Shown one piece after another: positions 50,438 through 60,284 of a DNA stretch of 64,000 nucleotides. The number at the start of each line of letters is the position of its first letter. The first letter of the stretch is position 1. The translations under genes and the position numbers were made by a program. Source of the stretch: an uncultured Pseudomonadota bacterium (GTDB lineage: Bacteria; Pseudomonadota; Alphaproteobacteria; Acetobacterales; Acetobacteraceae); contig CAWHKR010000017.1 of assembly GCA_963829875.1 (NCBI GenBank), positions 6,057-70,056 of the forward strand. The letters run 5' to 3'. Below the pieces are notes generated by a model that saw nothing but the letters and a program-made list of their open reading frames with translations, was not told the origin of the DNA and made no database searches.

Positions 50438-51292
50438 ATGCCCGACCGCACCCAAGCCCACCGTCCCCCCGAGGGCACCCTGCTCGCGGGCCGGCGCGGC
50501 CTGATCATGGGGGTCGCGAACGAGCGTTCACTCGCCTGGGGGATCGCGGCGGCGGCGGCGGCGCAGGGGGCGGAACTCGCGTTCACCTTCCAGGGCGAGG
50601 CGCTGGAGCGGCGGGTGCGCCCGCTGGCCGCCTCGGTCGGATCGGACCTGGTGGTCCCGTGCGACGTGGCCGAGGAGGCGAGCATCGACACGGCCTTCGC
50701 CGCGGTCGCGGAGCGCTGGGACGGGCTCGATTTCCTGGTCCACGCCATCGGCTACGCCGACAAGGCGTATCTGCGCGGGCGCTACCTGGACACGCCGCGG
50801 GCGGCATTCCTGCAGGCGATGGACATCTCCTGCTACTCCTTCACCGCGGTCTGCCAGCGCGCGGTGCCGATGATGAAGCCCGGCGGCAGCCTGCTGACGT
50901 TGAGCTACATGGGCGCCGAGAAATGGGTGCCGCATTACAACGTGATGGGCGTGGCCAAGGCGGCGCTGGAGGGGTCGGTGCGCTACCTCGCCGCCGATCT
51001 CGGCACGTCGGGGATCCGGGTGAACGCGATCAGCGCCGGGCCGGTGAAGACGCTCGCCGCGTCGGGCATCGGCGACTTCCGCTATATTTTGCGCTGGAAC
51101 CAGATCAATTCGCCGATGCGGCGCAACGTCAGCACCGACGAGGTGGGCGGCGCCGGGGTCTATTTCCTGTCCGATCTGTCCGCCGGCGTGACCGGCGAGG
51201 TGCACCACGTGGATTGCGGCTACCATATCATCGGCATGAAGCACCCCGACGCCCCCGACATCGCCATTGCCGAGGGCGGCTCCGAGGCCTGA
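50438..51292 (+). CDS. fabI: Enoyl-[acyl-carrier-protein] reductase (NADH) FabI
   Basis: GLIMGVANERSLAWGIA, LVHAIGYA, SYMGAEKWVPHYNVMGVAKAALE, RVNAISAGPVKTLA. GAAGG lies upstream of the ATG at 50438. Confidence 0.9.
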   Translation: MPDRTQAHRPPEGTLLAGRRGLIMGVANERSLAWGIAAAAAAQGAELAFTFQGEALERRVRPLAASVGSDLVVPCDVAEEASIDTAFAAVAERWDGLDFLVHAIGYADKAYLRGRYLDTPRAAFLQAMDISCYSFTAVCQRAVPMMKPGGSLLTLSYMGAEKWVPHYNVMGVAKAALEGSVRYLAADLGTSGIRVNAISAGPVKTLAASGIGDFRYILRWNQINSPMRRNVSTDEVGGAGVYFLSDLSAGVTGEVHHVDCGYHIIGMKHPDAPDIAIAEGGSEA

Positions 51293-51301
51293 CGCGGAAC
51301 C

Positions 51302-52405
51302 ATGAGCCACAACAGCTTCGGCCATCTGTTCCGGATCACCACCTGGGGCGAGAGCCACGGGCCGGCGATCGGCTGCGTGATCGACGGCTGCCCGCCGCGG
51401 ATCGCGCTGTCGGAGGCCGACATCCAGCCGTTCCTGGACCGCCGCCGCCCCGGCCAGTCGCGCTTCACCACCCAGCGGCAGGAACCCGACCAGGTGCGGA
51501 TCCTGTCGGGCGTGTTCGACGGCATGACCACCGGCACGCCGATCGCGTTGCAGATCGAGAACGTCGACCAGCGCTCACGCGACTACGGCGAGATCGCGAC
51601 GACCTTCCGCCCCGGTCATGCCGACCTGACCTATGAGCTGAAATACGGCATCCGCGACTATCGCGGCGGCGGACGGTCATCCGCGCGGGAGACGGCGATG
51701 CGGGTCGCGGCCGGGGCGGTGGCGCGGCGGGTGCTGGGCGCGGGGGTGCGGATCCGCGCCGCGCTGGTGCAGCTGGGGCCGCACCGGATCGAGCGCGCGC
51801 GCTGGGACTGGGACGCGGTCGATGCCAACCCGTTCTTCTGTCCCGATCCGGTGGCGGCGGCGGCGTGGGAACAGGTCCTGCTGGCGGTGCGCAAGGCCGG
51901 CTCCTCGCTCGGCGCGGTGATCGAGGTGGTGGCCGAGGGCGTGCCGCCCGGGCTCGGCGCGCCCGTTTACGGCAAGCTGGACGCCGATCTGGCGGCGGCG
52001 CTGATGTCGATCAACGCGGTGAAGGGGGTGGAGATCGGCGACGGGTTCGCCGCCGCCGACCTGCGCGGGGAAGACAACGCCGACGAACTGCGGATGAGGG
52101 ACGGGGTCGTGGCGTTCGCCGCGAACCACGCGGGGGGGATCCTGGGCGGGATCTCGTCCGGCCAGCCGGTCGTGGCGCGGTTCGCGGTGAAGCCCACCAG
52201 CTCGATCCTGACGCCGCGGCTGACGGTGGACCGGGAGGGGCGGGAGACCGAGATCGCGACCAAGGGACGGCACGATCCCTGCGTGGGCATCCGTGCCGTG
52301 CCGGTGGGGGAAGCGATGGTGGCCTGCGTGCTGGCCGACCACCTGCTGCGCCATCGGGCGCAGAACCCGGATGCGCCGGAGGTGGCGCGGCTGCCGCGGA
52401 ACTGA
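51302..52405 (+). CDS. aroC: Chorismate synthase
   Basis: [55 protein letters not shown]. Confidence 0.9.
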   Translation: MSHNSFGHLFRITTWGESHGPAIGCVIDGCPPRIALSEADIQPFLDRRRPGQSRFTTQRQEPDQVRILSGVFDGMTTGTPIALQIENVDQRSRDYGEIATTFRPGHADLTYELKYGIRDYRGGGRSSARETAMRVAAGAVARRVLGAGVRIRAALVQLGPHRIERARWDWDAVDANPFFCPDPVAAAAWEQVLLAVRKAGSSLGAVIEVVAEGVPPGLGAPVYGKLDADLAAALMSINAVKGVEIGDGFAAADLRGEDNADELRMRDGVVAFAANHAGGILGGISSGQPVVARFAVKPTSSILTPRLTVDREGRETEIATKGRHDPCVGIRAVPVGEAMVACVLADHLLRHRAQNPDAPEVARLPRN

Positions 52406-52426
52406 CGGGCCGACCCCGCGGCCATC

Positions 52427-54001
52427 CTACCCCTGCGCCACCGCCGCCGACCACGGCGAAGCCGCGTCGCTGATCCCCCGCCGCATCCCGTCCGCGCCCA
52501 GCACCAGCGCGCTGGGACAGGCGAAGTTGATCGGCATCACCCCGTGCTCCACCACCTCGATCGGCCCGTCCGCCGCCAGCGCGGCGATCACGGCCGGATC
52601 CATCCGCCGGTCGACGCTGACCAGATCGGGGCCGGAGACGTCGATGCGCGGATGGTGCGCCGCCGCCTCCACGTCCATCCCGAACAGCGCCAGGAAGCTC
52701 AGCACCTGCACCACCGCGGCCATGATCCGCCGCCCGCCGGAGGCGCCGGCGGCGATCCACGGCCGGTCGCCGTCGCGCAGGATCACCGGCAGCATGTTGG
52801 TCAGCGGCCGCTTGCCCGGCGCGATCGAGTTCGGCTGATCCGGCCGCGGGTCGAACCACATCACCCCGTTGTTCATCAGCACGCCCGAGCCCGGCAGCAC
52901 CACGCGGCTGCCCATCGAGGACAGCAGGGTGGTGGTGATCGCCACCACCGTCCCTTCGGCGTCGCACACGCTCAGATGCGTGGTGCAGGTCTCCGCGGCA
53001 TGCGGATCGGTCTCGCCCAGGCCGGCCAGCCGTTCCGCATAGGCGGTCTTCATCGCGCGCGCCAACGCGGCGAACCAGGCGGGCGAGGGGGCGGCGCCGG
53101 TCGGGGCCTCGGCCATCTGTTCCAGCACCCGGGCCAAGGTGGGGGCCGCGGTCAGCCCGCCGGTGAGTTGCAGGGTCCGCCCGGCCCAGGGGACCTCGGT
53201 CGCGGCCAGCACGCGCGGGGCGCAGGCGCGCAGGTCCTCGCGGTCCAGCACGCCGCCCATCGCGGCGACGTCGGCGATGATCGCGGCGGCCACGTCGCCC
53301 TCGTAGAAATCGCGCAGGCCGGCCTGCGCCAGCCGCTCCAGCGTGTCCGGCAGGCGGCCGAGCCGGAAGAAGCCCGGCACGCCCTGATAGGGCGCGACCG
53401 GCGGCAGCCCGTCCGGCAGGTAGATGCGCGCGCTTTCGGGGTAGTGCCGCAGCACCGCGGCCGAGGCGCCGACCTTCAACGTGGTGTACCAATCCGCCGG
53501 CAGGCCGCGCCGGGCCAGCGCCAGGGCGGGGCTGATCACCTCGGCCAGCGGCAGCCGGCCCCAGCGTTCGTGCAGCAGGGCGTAGCCCGCGGTGGACGAC
53601 GGGACGGCGAAGGACAGCGGGCCGTGGATGTTGGCGTCGCCCTCCACTTCCGGCCAGGCGAACAGATCGAGCTTCATCCGCCCGGTCAGGCGGAAATTCT
53701 GCGGATTGAGCCGGCGCGGCGCCACCGGGCCGAAATCCACCACCTCCGCGCGTGCCTGCCCGGCCCGGTGCACGAGCGCGAAGCCGATGCCGCCGAGGCC
53801 GGAATTCCAGGGCTCCACGGTCGCGAGCGCGAGCGCGGTCGCCACCGCCGCGTCGATCGCGTTGCCGCCGGCGTCGAGCACCGCGACCCCGGCCTCCGCG
53901 GCGCTGGACGCCTGGGAGATGACCATGCCGCGCCGGCCGTTGGCCGCGGGCTTGGCAAGACGCCAGTTCTGGGTGACGTGCGGGGCAGGCGTGTAGGACA
54001 T
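52427..54001 (-). CDS. ggt: Gamma-glutamyltransferase family protein (no obvious signal peptide)
   Basis: 524 aa with GGNAIDAAVATALALATVEPWNSGLGGIGF, the autoprocessing-site context ETCTTHLSV, and PGKRPLTNMLP. The start MSYTPAP is at 54001. Confidence 0.85.
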   Translation of the reverse strand: MSYTPAPHVTQNWRLAKPAANGRRGMVISQASSAAEAGVAVLDAGGNAIDAAVATALALATVEPWNSGLGGIGFALVHRAGQARAEVVDFGPVAPRRLNPQNFRLTGRMKLDLFAWPEVEGDANIHGPLSFAVPSSTAGYALLHERWGRLPLAEVISPALALARRGLPADWYTTLKVGASAAVLRHYPESARIYLPDGLPPVAPYQGVPGFFRLGRLPDTLERLAQAGLRDFYEGDVAAAIIADVAAMGGVLDREDLRACAPRVLAATEVPWAGRTLQLTGGLTAAPTLARVLEQMAEAPTGAAPSPAWFAALARAMKTAYAERLAGLGETDPHAAETCTTHLSVCDAEGTVVAITTTLLSSMGSRVVLPGSGVLMNNGVMWFDPRPDQPNSIAPGKRPLTNMLPVILRDGDRPWIAAGASGGRRIMAAVVQVLSFLALFGMDVEAAAHHPRIDVSGPDLVSVDRRMDPAVIAALAADGPIEVVEHGVMPINFACPSALVLGADGMRRGISDAASPWSAAVAQG

Positions 54002-54176
54002 GGCTGGCCTTTCGGATCGTGCGCCGGGACGGGCCGGATGGTCGGGCGTGGCCGCGGGGTTGGCAAGGGACGGGCAGGCGTACGGCCCGGGGCCATCGCT
54101 GCGCCGGGTCGCCACTGCGATGCTCCGCAACAACCCGATTGCTCCGCGCCCGCGCGGCGTGGCAGAACCCGCGGCC

Positions 54177-55146
54177 ATGATCTCCCGCCGTTCGCTGTGC
54201 GCCCTGCTTCCTGTCGTGCTGGCCAGCCCCGCCGCCGCCGCAGGCGCCGGCCCGGGCGGGTTTGCCGCTTTTCTTGAGGGCGTCCGCGCCGAGGCGCGGC
54301 GGCGGGGAATCGCCCCCGCCGTGCTCGCTGCCGCCCTCGACGGGCTGCATCCGAACCAGGATGTGCTGGCGCGGGAACGCCACCAGCCCGAGTTCACCAT
54401 GACCTGGGCGCGTTATCACGCGTTGCTGATCACGCCCGCACGCATCGCCGCCGGCCGGGTCGCCTATCGGGAGCATCGGGCGCTGTTCGGCGCGGTCGCG
54501 CGGCGCTACGGCGTCGAGCCCGGCGTGATCCTGGGCATCTGGGGCATCGAGTTCGAACTTCGGCACCACCACCGGTCAGTTCCGCGTGGTCGATTCGCTG
54601 GCCACCCTGGCCTGGGCCAGCGGCCGGCCCAGCTTCTTTCGCAAGGAATTGCTCGCCGCGCTGCGCATCCTCGACCACGGCGATGTCACCGTCCCGCACA
54701 TGACCGGGTCCTATGCCGGGGCGATGGGCCAGCCGCAGTTCATGCCCAGCTCCTATTTGCACTACGCGGTCGATTTCACCGGCAACGGCCGGCGCGATAT
54801 CTGGTCCAACGTGCCCGACGTGCTCGGCTCGATCGCCAACTATTTGGCGCGCAACGGCTGGCGGTCCGGGCTGGGCTGGGGGATGGCGGCGCGTGTGCCG
54901 GCGGCGCACGCGTCGCTGCTCGGCGGGCCGGCGCGTTCGCTCGCCGCTTGGCGGCGGCTGGGGGTGGAGCCTGAGAAAACCTCCCGCCGCCATGCGGCGG
55001 GCGAGCGGCTCTCCCTGGTCCGCCCGGCGGGCGCCGACGGGCCGGCCTTCCTCGTCACGCCCGACTTCGCCGCCATCCGGCGCTACAATCCATCGGATTT
55101 CTATGCGCTCGCGGTCGGGCTGCTGGGCGACAGGATCCTGGGGTGA
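54177..55146 (+). pseudogene. Lytic murein transglycosylase (MltB family), interrupted by an apparent +1 frameshift as sequenced
   Basis: Signal peptide MISRRSLCALLPVVLASPAAAA. ...GVILGIWGIE is in one frame and SNFGTTTGQFRVVDSLATLAW...GAMGQPQFMPSSY...RRYNPSDFYALAV is in the +1 frame. The junction is at about 54548-54556 (an extra T in GAGTTCG). Length is 970 nt = 3n+1. Confidence 0.8.
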
Positions 55147-56045
55147 GGCGCCTTCTTGCGCTGGTGCTCGGCCTGCTGCCGGCGGCCTGCGTCTCCCATT
55201 CGGTGGTGCCGCACCCGCGCTACGTCCTGGGCGCGCCCTACAGCGCAGACGGCGTGTGGCACTACCCGCGCCGGCAACTGGATGCGGTCGGCACCGGCCT
55301 CGCCGCGGTGGTTCCCGCCGGTCATCCGCCGCTGACCGCGGACGGCGAGGCGTTCGATCAGACGGCGCTGGCGGCCGCGAGCCCCGACCTGCAGTTGCCG
55401 GCGATCGCGCAACTGACGAACCTCGCCAACGGGCGGCAGGTCGAGGTGCGGATCAACGATCGCGGACCGGCCGATCCCGGGCGGGTGGTTGCGGTGACCC
55501 GGCGGGTGGCGGCGCTGCTCCGCTTCCCGCCGTCGGGGGTGGCCGAGGTGCGCGTGCGCGTGCTGCCGGGGCCGAGCCAGATGGCGGAGGCGGCCTTGCC
55601 CGGCGCGCCCCGGTTGGCGATGGCGGCGGCACCGGTGGCGGCAGTGGTGGCGAGCCCGCTCGGCCCGCCCGGCAGCGCGCCCGCCGGCCTCGCGCGGATC
55701 GCGCTTGCCACCTCAGCCCCGGTTCCCGACCGCACAGGCGGCCCGACCGCGCGCATCTTGCCCGCCCTGTCGGGCCAGGTCACGCAGACGGCGCCGCTGC
55801 GCGAGGCGCTGTGGATCCGGCTCGGCCGCTTCGGCGAATACCAGTACGCCGCCATTCTCGCCGCCCGGGTGGCCGGGTTGCACCCGGCGGTCCGGCGCGA
55901 CATGACGGGCGGAGACGAACAGTTCGCCGTCCGTATCGGACCCTTCGCTGCCGGCGCGGCCGGGGTTGTGGCGGCGGATGCGATGCTGCGCCGGGCGATC
56001 CGGGCCGGGATTCGCGATGCCCGGATCGTGGTCGAACAGGAGTAG
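55143..56045 (+). CDS. rlpA: Septal ring lytic transglycosylase RlpA (lipoprotein with DPBB and SPOR domains)
   Basis: Lipobox LLPAAC, the DPBB segment LTADGEAFDQTALAAASPDLQLPAIAQLTNLANGRQVEVRINDRGP, and a C-terminal SPOR-like segment. There is a GTGA overlap with the upstream gene. Confidence 0.8.
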   Translation: MRRLLALVLGLLPAACVSHSVVPHPRYVLGAPYSADGVWHYPRRQLDAVGTGLAAVVPAGHPPLTADGEAFDQTALAAASPDLQLPAIAQLTNLANGRQVEVRINDRGPADPGRVVAVTRRVAALLRFPPSGVAEVRVRVLPGPSQMAEAALPGAPRLAMAAAPVAAVVASPLGPPGSAPAGLARIALATSAPVPDRTGGPTARILPALSGQVTQTAPLREALWIRLGRFGEYQYAAILAARVAGLHPAVRRDMTGGDEQFAVRIGPFAAGAAGVVAADAMLRRAIRAGIRDARIVVEQE

Positions 56046-56053
56046 CCTGCGTC

Positions 56054-57287
56054 ATGCTGACCCGCCGTCTTGCCGTGCTCGGCACGCTCTCCCTTGGTCC
56101 CGCGATGCTGGCCGGTGCGCGGCCGGCGATGTCCGCGCCGGCCGGCCGCGGCGCGGCGCGGCGCGTGCGCAAGACGCTCGCCGCTCCCGCCGCGCCGCCT
56201 CCCACCCCGGCGACGACGCCGATCGGACCCGTCGCCACCGACGCCAGATGGGCTTATATCGAGGATTACGATACCGGCACGGTGCTGCTGCACAAGCAGG
56301 CCAACGAGGAGATGGCGCCCTCCTCGATGACCAAGCTGATGACCCTCTATATCCTGTTCAGCCGGCTGAAGGAGGGGCGGCTCAAGCTCGAACTCCATGC
56401 TGCCGGTGAGCCGTACCGCCTGGCACTTCGGCGGATCGAAGATGTTCGTCGAGGTCGGCACGAATGTCTCGGTGGAGGATCTGATCAAGGGGATCATCGT
56501 CGATTCCGGCAACGACGCCTGCATCGTGGTGGCCGAGGCGATCGCCGGCTCGCAGGAGCAGTTCGCCGCGTTGATGAACCAGGAGGCGAAGCGGCTCGGG
56601 CTGACGAAGTCGCATTTCATGAACCCGATGGGCTGGCCGGATCCGGACCATTACATGTCCGTCCACGACATCGCCCGGGTGACCGCGGCGCTGATCCGCG
56701 ATTTCCCTGAATATTACCATTTCTTTGGCGACAAGACCTTCACCTACAGCAAGATCACCCAGGAGAACCGCAACGGCCTGGTGGACCGGGGAACCGCCGA
56801 CGGGCTCAAGACCGGCCACACCGATGCCGGCGGCTACGGTCTGGTGGCCAGCGCGGAGCGCAACGGCCATCGCGTCATCGTGGTGCTGAACGGCATGCCG
56901 AGCGGGCACGACCGCACCGAGCAGGGCGAACGGCTGCTCGACTGGGCCTTCGCCAATTTCGAGGACGTGACCCTGGTGGCGGCCGGGGCGCCGGTCGACC
57001 GCGCCCCGGTCTGGCTGGGCACCACCCGTAGCGTGCCGCTGGTGGTGGCGCGGGACCTGGTGGTGACCCTGCCGCATGGCTGGCGCGACCGGGTGAAGGT
57101 CGCGGTCGAGTACGACGCGCCGGTGCCCGCCCCGGTGGCGCTTGGGGCGACGCTCGGCCGCCTGACCGTGACCGGCATCGGGGACAGCGAACGCAGCGTG
57201 CCCCTGCTGGCCGGGGCGGCGGTGCCGCGGCTCGGCCTGCCGGGCCGGGCGCTCGCGGTGCTGCTGCACGATCTGATCGGACGCTGA
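56054..57287 (+). pseudogene. D-alanyl-D-alanine carboxypeptidase (PBP5/6 class), interrupted by an apparent +1 frameshift as sequenced
   Basis: SxxK (SSMTKLMT) is in the first frame. SGN (DSGNDA), KTG (LKTGHT) and the C-terminal domain are in the +1 frame. The junction is at about 56385-56397. Length is 1234 nt = 3n+1. Confidence 0.8.
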
Positions 57288-57293
57288 GCGGCC

Positions 57294-57911
57294 GTGCCGG
57301 CGGGGCGGTTCATCACCCTGGAAGGCGGGGAGGGCGCCGGCAAGTCGACCCAGGCGCGGCTGCTCGCGCAGGCCCTGCGCGCGGACGGGCACGACGTGCT
57401 GGAAACCCGCGAGCCGGGCGGCGCCCCGGGGGCGGAGGCGCTGCGTGCGCTGCTGCTGCACGGGGCGGTGAATTTCGTTCCGGAAGCGGAGACCCTGCTG
57501 CACTTCGCCGCACGCGTCGAGCATCTCGCCCGCACCATCCGTCCGGCGCTGGCGGCCGGGCGATGGGTCGTGTGCGACCGCTTCGCCGATTCCACCATGG
57601 CCTATCAGGGCTACGGACACGGCGCGGACCGGACCAGGATCGCAACCTTGACGTCGATGCTGGACACCGTGCCGGACCTGACCCTGGTGCTGGATGTCTC
57701 GCCCGCGGTGGCGGCGCGGCGGCTGGCCGGGCGGGGCGGGGCGGCCGATCGCTACGAGGCGCTGGATCCGGCCTTCCACGCGCGGGTGCGGCAGGGCTTC
57801 CGCGCCATCGCCGCCGCCGCGCCCGGGCGCTGCGTGCTGATCGATGCGGACGGGGCGCCGGAGGCCGTGCACGCAGCGGTGATGGCGGCGGTGCGGGCAG
57901 GCGCCGGGTAG
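57294..57911 (+). CDS. tmk: dTMP (thymidylate) kinase
   Basis: FITLEGGEGAGKSTQ P-loop, TREPGG, and DRFADSTMAYQGYG. GTG start. Confidence 0.85.
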   Translation: MPAGRFITLEGGEGAGKSTQARLLAQALRADGHDVLETREPGGAPGAEALRALLLHGAVNFVPEAETLLHFAARVEHLARTIRPALAAGRWVVCDRFADSTMAYQGYGHGADRTRIATLTSMLDTVPDLTLVLDVSPAVAARRLAGRGGAADRYEALDPAFHARVRQGFRAIAAAAPGRCVLIDADGAPEAVHAAVMAAVRAGAG

Positions 57912-58058
57912 CGCTGTACCGGGATCCGGGCCGGTTGATCGCGGCGGATGGCCGGGCGCAGGTCTCGCGCACGTGCGTTGGAATGCCGGGACAAGATCCG
58001 GAGTGTCCGCCCGCGCCAGCATCGATACCTTCCCGTCGCGCCGGGGAGGGCGGGTTCG

Positions 58059-59210
58059 ATGGCAGACAAGACCGCAACGACGCCAGTGATGGGAGCCCGG
58101 GAGTGGGGCATGCTGATGGCCCTCGCCGTGCTGTGGGGTGGGTCGTTCTTCTTCTTCAAGGTGTTGGTCGCCCGATTGCCGCCCTTCACCGTGGTGCTTG
58201 GGCGGGTGGGCCTGGCCGCCGTGATCCTGAACCTGTGGCTCTGGCTGCGCGGCGACGTCATGCCGGCCTCGCCGCGGCTCTGGGCCGGCTTCATCGGCAT
58301 GGATATCCTCAACAACGTCATTCCGTTTTCGCTCATCGTGTTTGGCGAAACGCGGATTTCGAGCGGGCTCGCGTCGATTCTCAACGCCACGACGCCCATC
58401 TTCACCGTGCTGGTGGCGCACATGCTGACCGCCAACGAGAAGCTGACCTGGGGCAAGTCGGTTGGTGTGATGGTCGGTTTTGCCGGTGTCGCCGTGCTCG
58501 TCGGCCCGGGTGCCCTCGCGGGTATCGGCCGGGAGGGCATGATCGGCGAGGTTGCCTGCCTGGGGGCGGCGCTCAGTTACGCCTTCGCCGGCATCTATGG
58601 TCGACGGTTCAAGGGTATTTCGCCCATCAAGGTGGCGACGGGCCAGGTGACCGGCAGCACGCTGGCGCTGATCCCGGTGGTCGCGCTTGTCGATCGCCCC
58701 TGGACGCTGCCGGCGCCGGACGCGACGACCTGGGGGGCGTTGATCGGCATCGCGCTTCTGTGCACGGTCTTTGCCTATATCCTCTATTTTCGCATTCTTG
58801 CCGCTGCGGGGGCGACCAATCTGCTGCTGGTGACGTTGCTGATTCCGGTCAGTGCGATCGTGCTCGGCTCGCTTGTGCTGGGCGAGAAACTGCTGGTCCG
58901 GGAGTTCGCGGGAATGGCGTTGCTCGTGGTCGGCCTGGCCTTCATCGATGGGAGGGTCCTCGCGGCTTTCTTTCCGCGTCCGAAGCCGGTTCCGGTACTC
59001 TCCGAAAGGCCTGCTGGCGGTGAAATCTGGTGTCCTGCCCCTGAAATGCCTTCGCATTCCAGGGACCGGCAGGCCACTGAAAGCAAAGAGCTGGTATCCC
59101 GGAAATTCGGAACCGGATTTCCGAAACAGGATACTGGGACATCGTCGTCGGGACGACCAACCTTCGGGTTCGCTCACGACAAGCGTCCGGGTGGTGGATC
59201 GGCGTCGTGA
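58059..59210 (+). CDS. DMT-superfamily (EamA-like) transporter; the last ~80 codons run through intergenic-like, lower-GC DNA
   Basis: About ten TM segments and two EamA-type repeats (WGGSFFFFKV..., LYFRILAAAGATNLLLVTLLIPV). The start MADKTA is at 58059. The true 3' end is uncertain. Confidence 0.7.
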   Translation: MADKTATTPVMGAREWGMLMALAVLWGGSFFFFKVLVARLPPFTVVLGRVGLAAVILNLWLWLRGDVMPASPRLWAGFIGMDILNNVIPFSLIVFGETRISSGLASILNATTPIFTVLVAHMLTANEKLTWGKSVGVMVGFAGVAVLVGPGALAGIGREGMIGEVACLGAALSYAFAGIYGRRFKGISPIKVATGQVTGSTLALIPVVALVDRPWTLPAPDATTWGALIGIALLCTVFAYILYFRILAAAGATNLLLVTLLIPVSAIVLGSLVLGEKLLVREFAGMALLVVGLAFIDGRVLAAFFPRPKPVPVLSERPAGGEIWCPAPEMPSHSRDRQATESKELVSRKFGTGFPKQDTGTSSSGRPTFGFAHDKRPGGGSAS

Positions 59211-59240
59211 CGGGCGCTGTTGTCTCTCCGGCTCGACCGG

Positions 59241-60284
59241 TCAAACCCCTGTGCCGAGGTGCGAACCAGGCATCCCCGGCGCCGCCGCGCGCGCGAGCAG
59301 CACCGCCACCGCGCAGGAGGCGATGCGCGTGCGTTCCGAATCCGCCCGGCTGGTCAGGATGATCGGCACCCGCGCGCCCACCACCACCCCGGCGGCATCG
59401 GCGCGCGCCAGGAACGTAAGCTGTTTCGCCAGCATGTTGCCCGACTCCAGATCCGGCACCACCAGGATGTCGGCCCGGCCGGCGACCGGGGAGACGATGC
59501 CCTTCTCCGCCGCCGCCGCCGGGCTGATCGCGTTGTCGAAGGCGAGCGGACCGTCCAGCAGCCCGCCGGTGATCTGCCTGCGGTCGGCCATCTTGCACAG
59601 CGCCGCCGCGTCGATGGTGGAGGGGATGCGCGGATTGACCGTCTCCACCGCCGACAGGATCGCCACGCGCGGCGTGTCGATCCCCATCGCGCGGGCGAGG
59701 TCGATCGCGTTCTGCACGATGTCGCGCTTGGCGAGCAGATCGGGGGCGATGTTCACCGCGGCGTCGGTGATCAGCAGCGGACGCGGATAGGTGGGCACGT
59801 CCATCAGATAGACATGGCTGATCTGGCGCTCGGTGCGCAGCCCGGTCGCGTCCGCCAGCACCGCGTGCAGCAGTTCGTCGGTGTGCAGCGAGCCTTTCAT
59901 CAGCAGGCGCGCCTCGCCGGCGCGCACCAGCGCCACGGCCTGCGCCGCGGCCGCGTGGCTGTGCGGGGCGGGAACCAGGCGGTAGGGGGCGATGTCGGCT
60001 TCCGCCTCGGCGGCGGCGCGCAGGATGCGGGTTTCGGGGCCGACCAGGATCGGCACGATCAGCCCGGCCTTCGCCGCCTCCACCGCCGCGCCCAGCGCGT
60101 GGGCGTCGCAGGGGTGGGCGACCGCGGTCGGGATCGGGGCTGCGCCGGAGGCGCGGGCGAGCAGGGCGTCGAACCAGGCGTGGCGGGGGTGTTCCGCCGG
60201 GTCTTCCCCGATCGGCTCGGCGTTGGGCGGGATGGAGGCCGCGCCGGCCGCCGGCGCGATCGGCCCCATGGCGTCAGTGCTCAT
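59241..60284 (-). CDS. Phosphate acetyl/butyryl-transferase (PTA_PTB family)
   Basis: 347 aa with VAHPCDAHALGAAVEAAKAGLIVPILVG, LMKGSLHTDELL, LLITDAAVNIAP, GPLAFDNAIS, ILVVPDLESGNMLAK. Confidence 0.8.
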   Translation of the reverse strand: MSTDAMGPIAPAAGAASIPPNAEPIGEDPAEHPRHAWFDALLARASGAAPIPTAVAHPCDAHALGAAVEAAKAGLIVPILVGPETRILRAAAEAEADIAPYRLVPAPHSHAAAAQAVALVRAGEARLLMKGSLHTDELLHAVLADATGLRTERQISHVYLMDVPTYPRPLLITDAAVNIAPDLLAKRDIVQNAIDLARAMGIDTPRVAILSAVETVNPRIPSTIDAAALCKMADRRQITGGLLDGPLAFDNAISPAAAAEKGIVSPVAGRADILVVPDLESGNMLAKQLTFLARADAAGVVVGARVPIILTSRADSERTRIASCAVAVLLARAAAPGMPGSHLGTGV

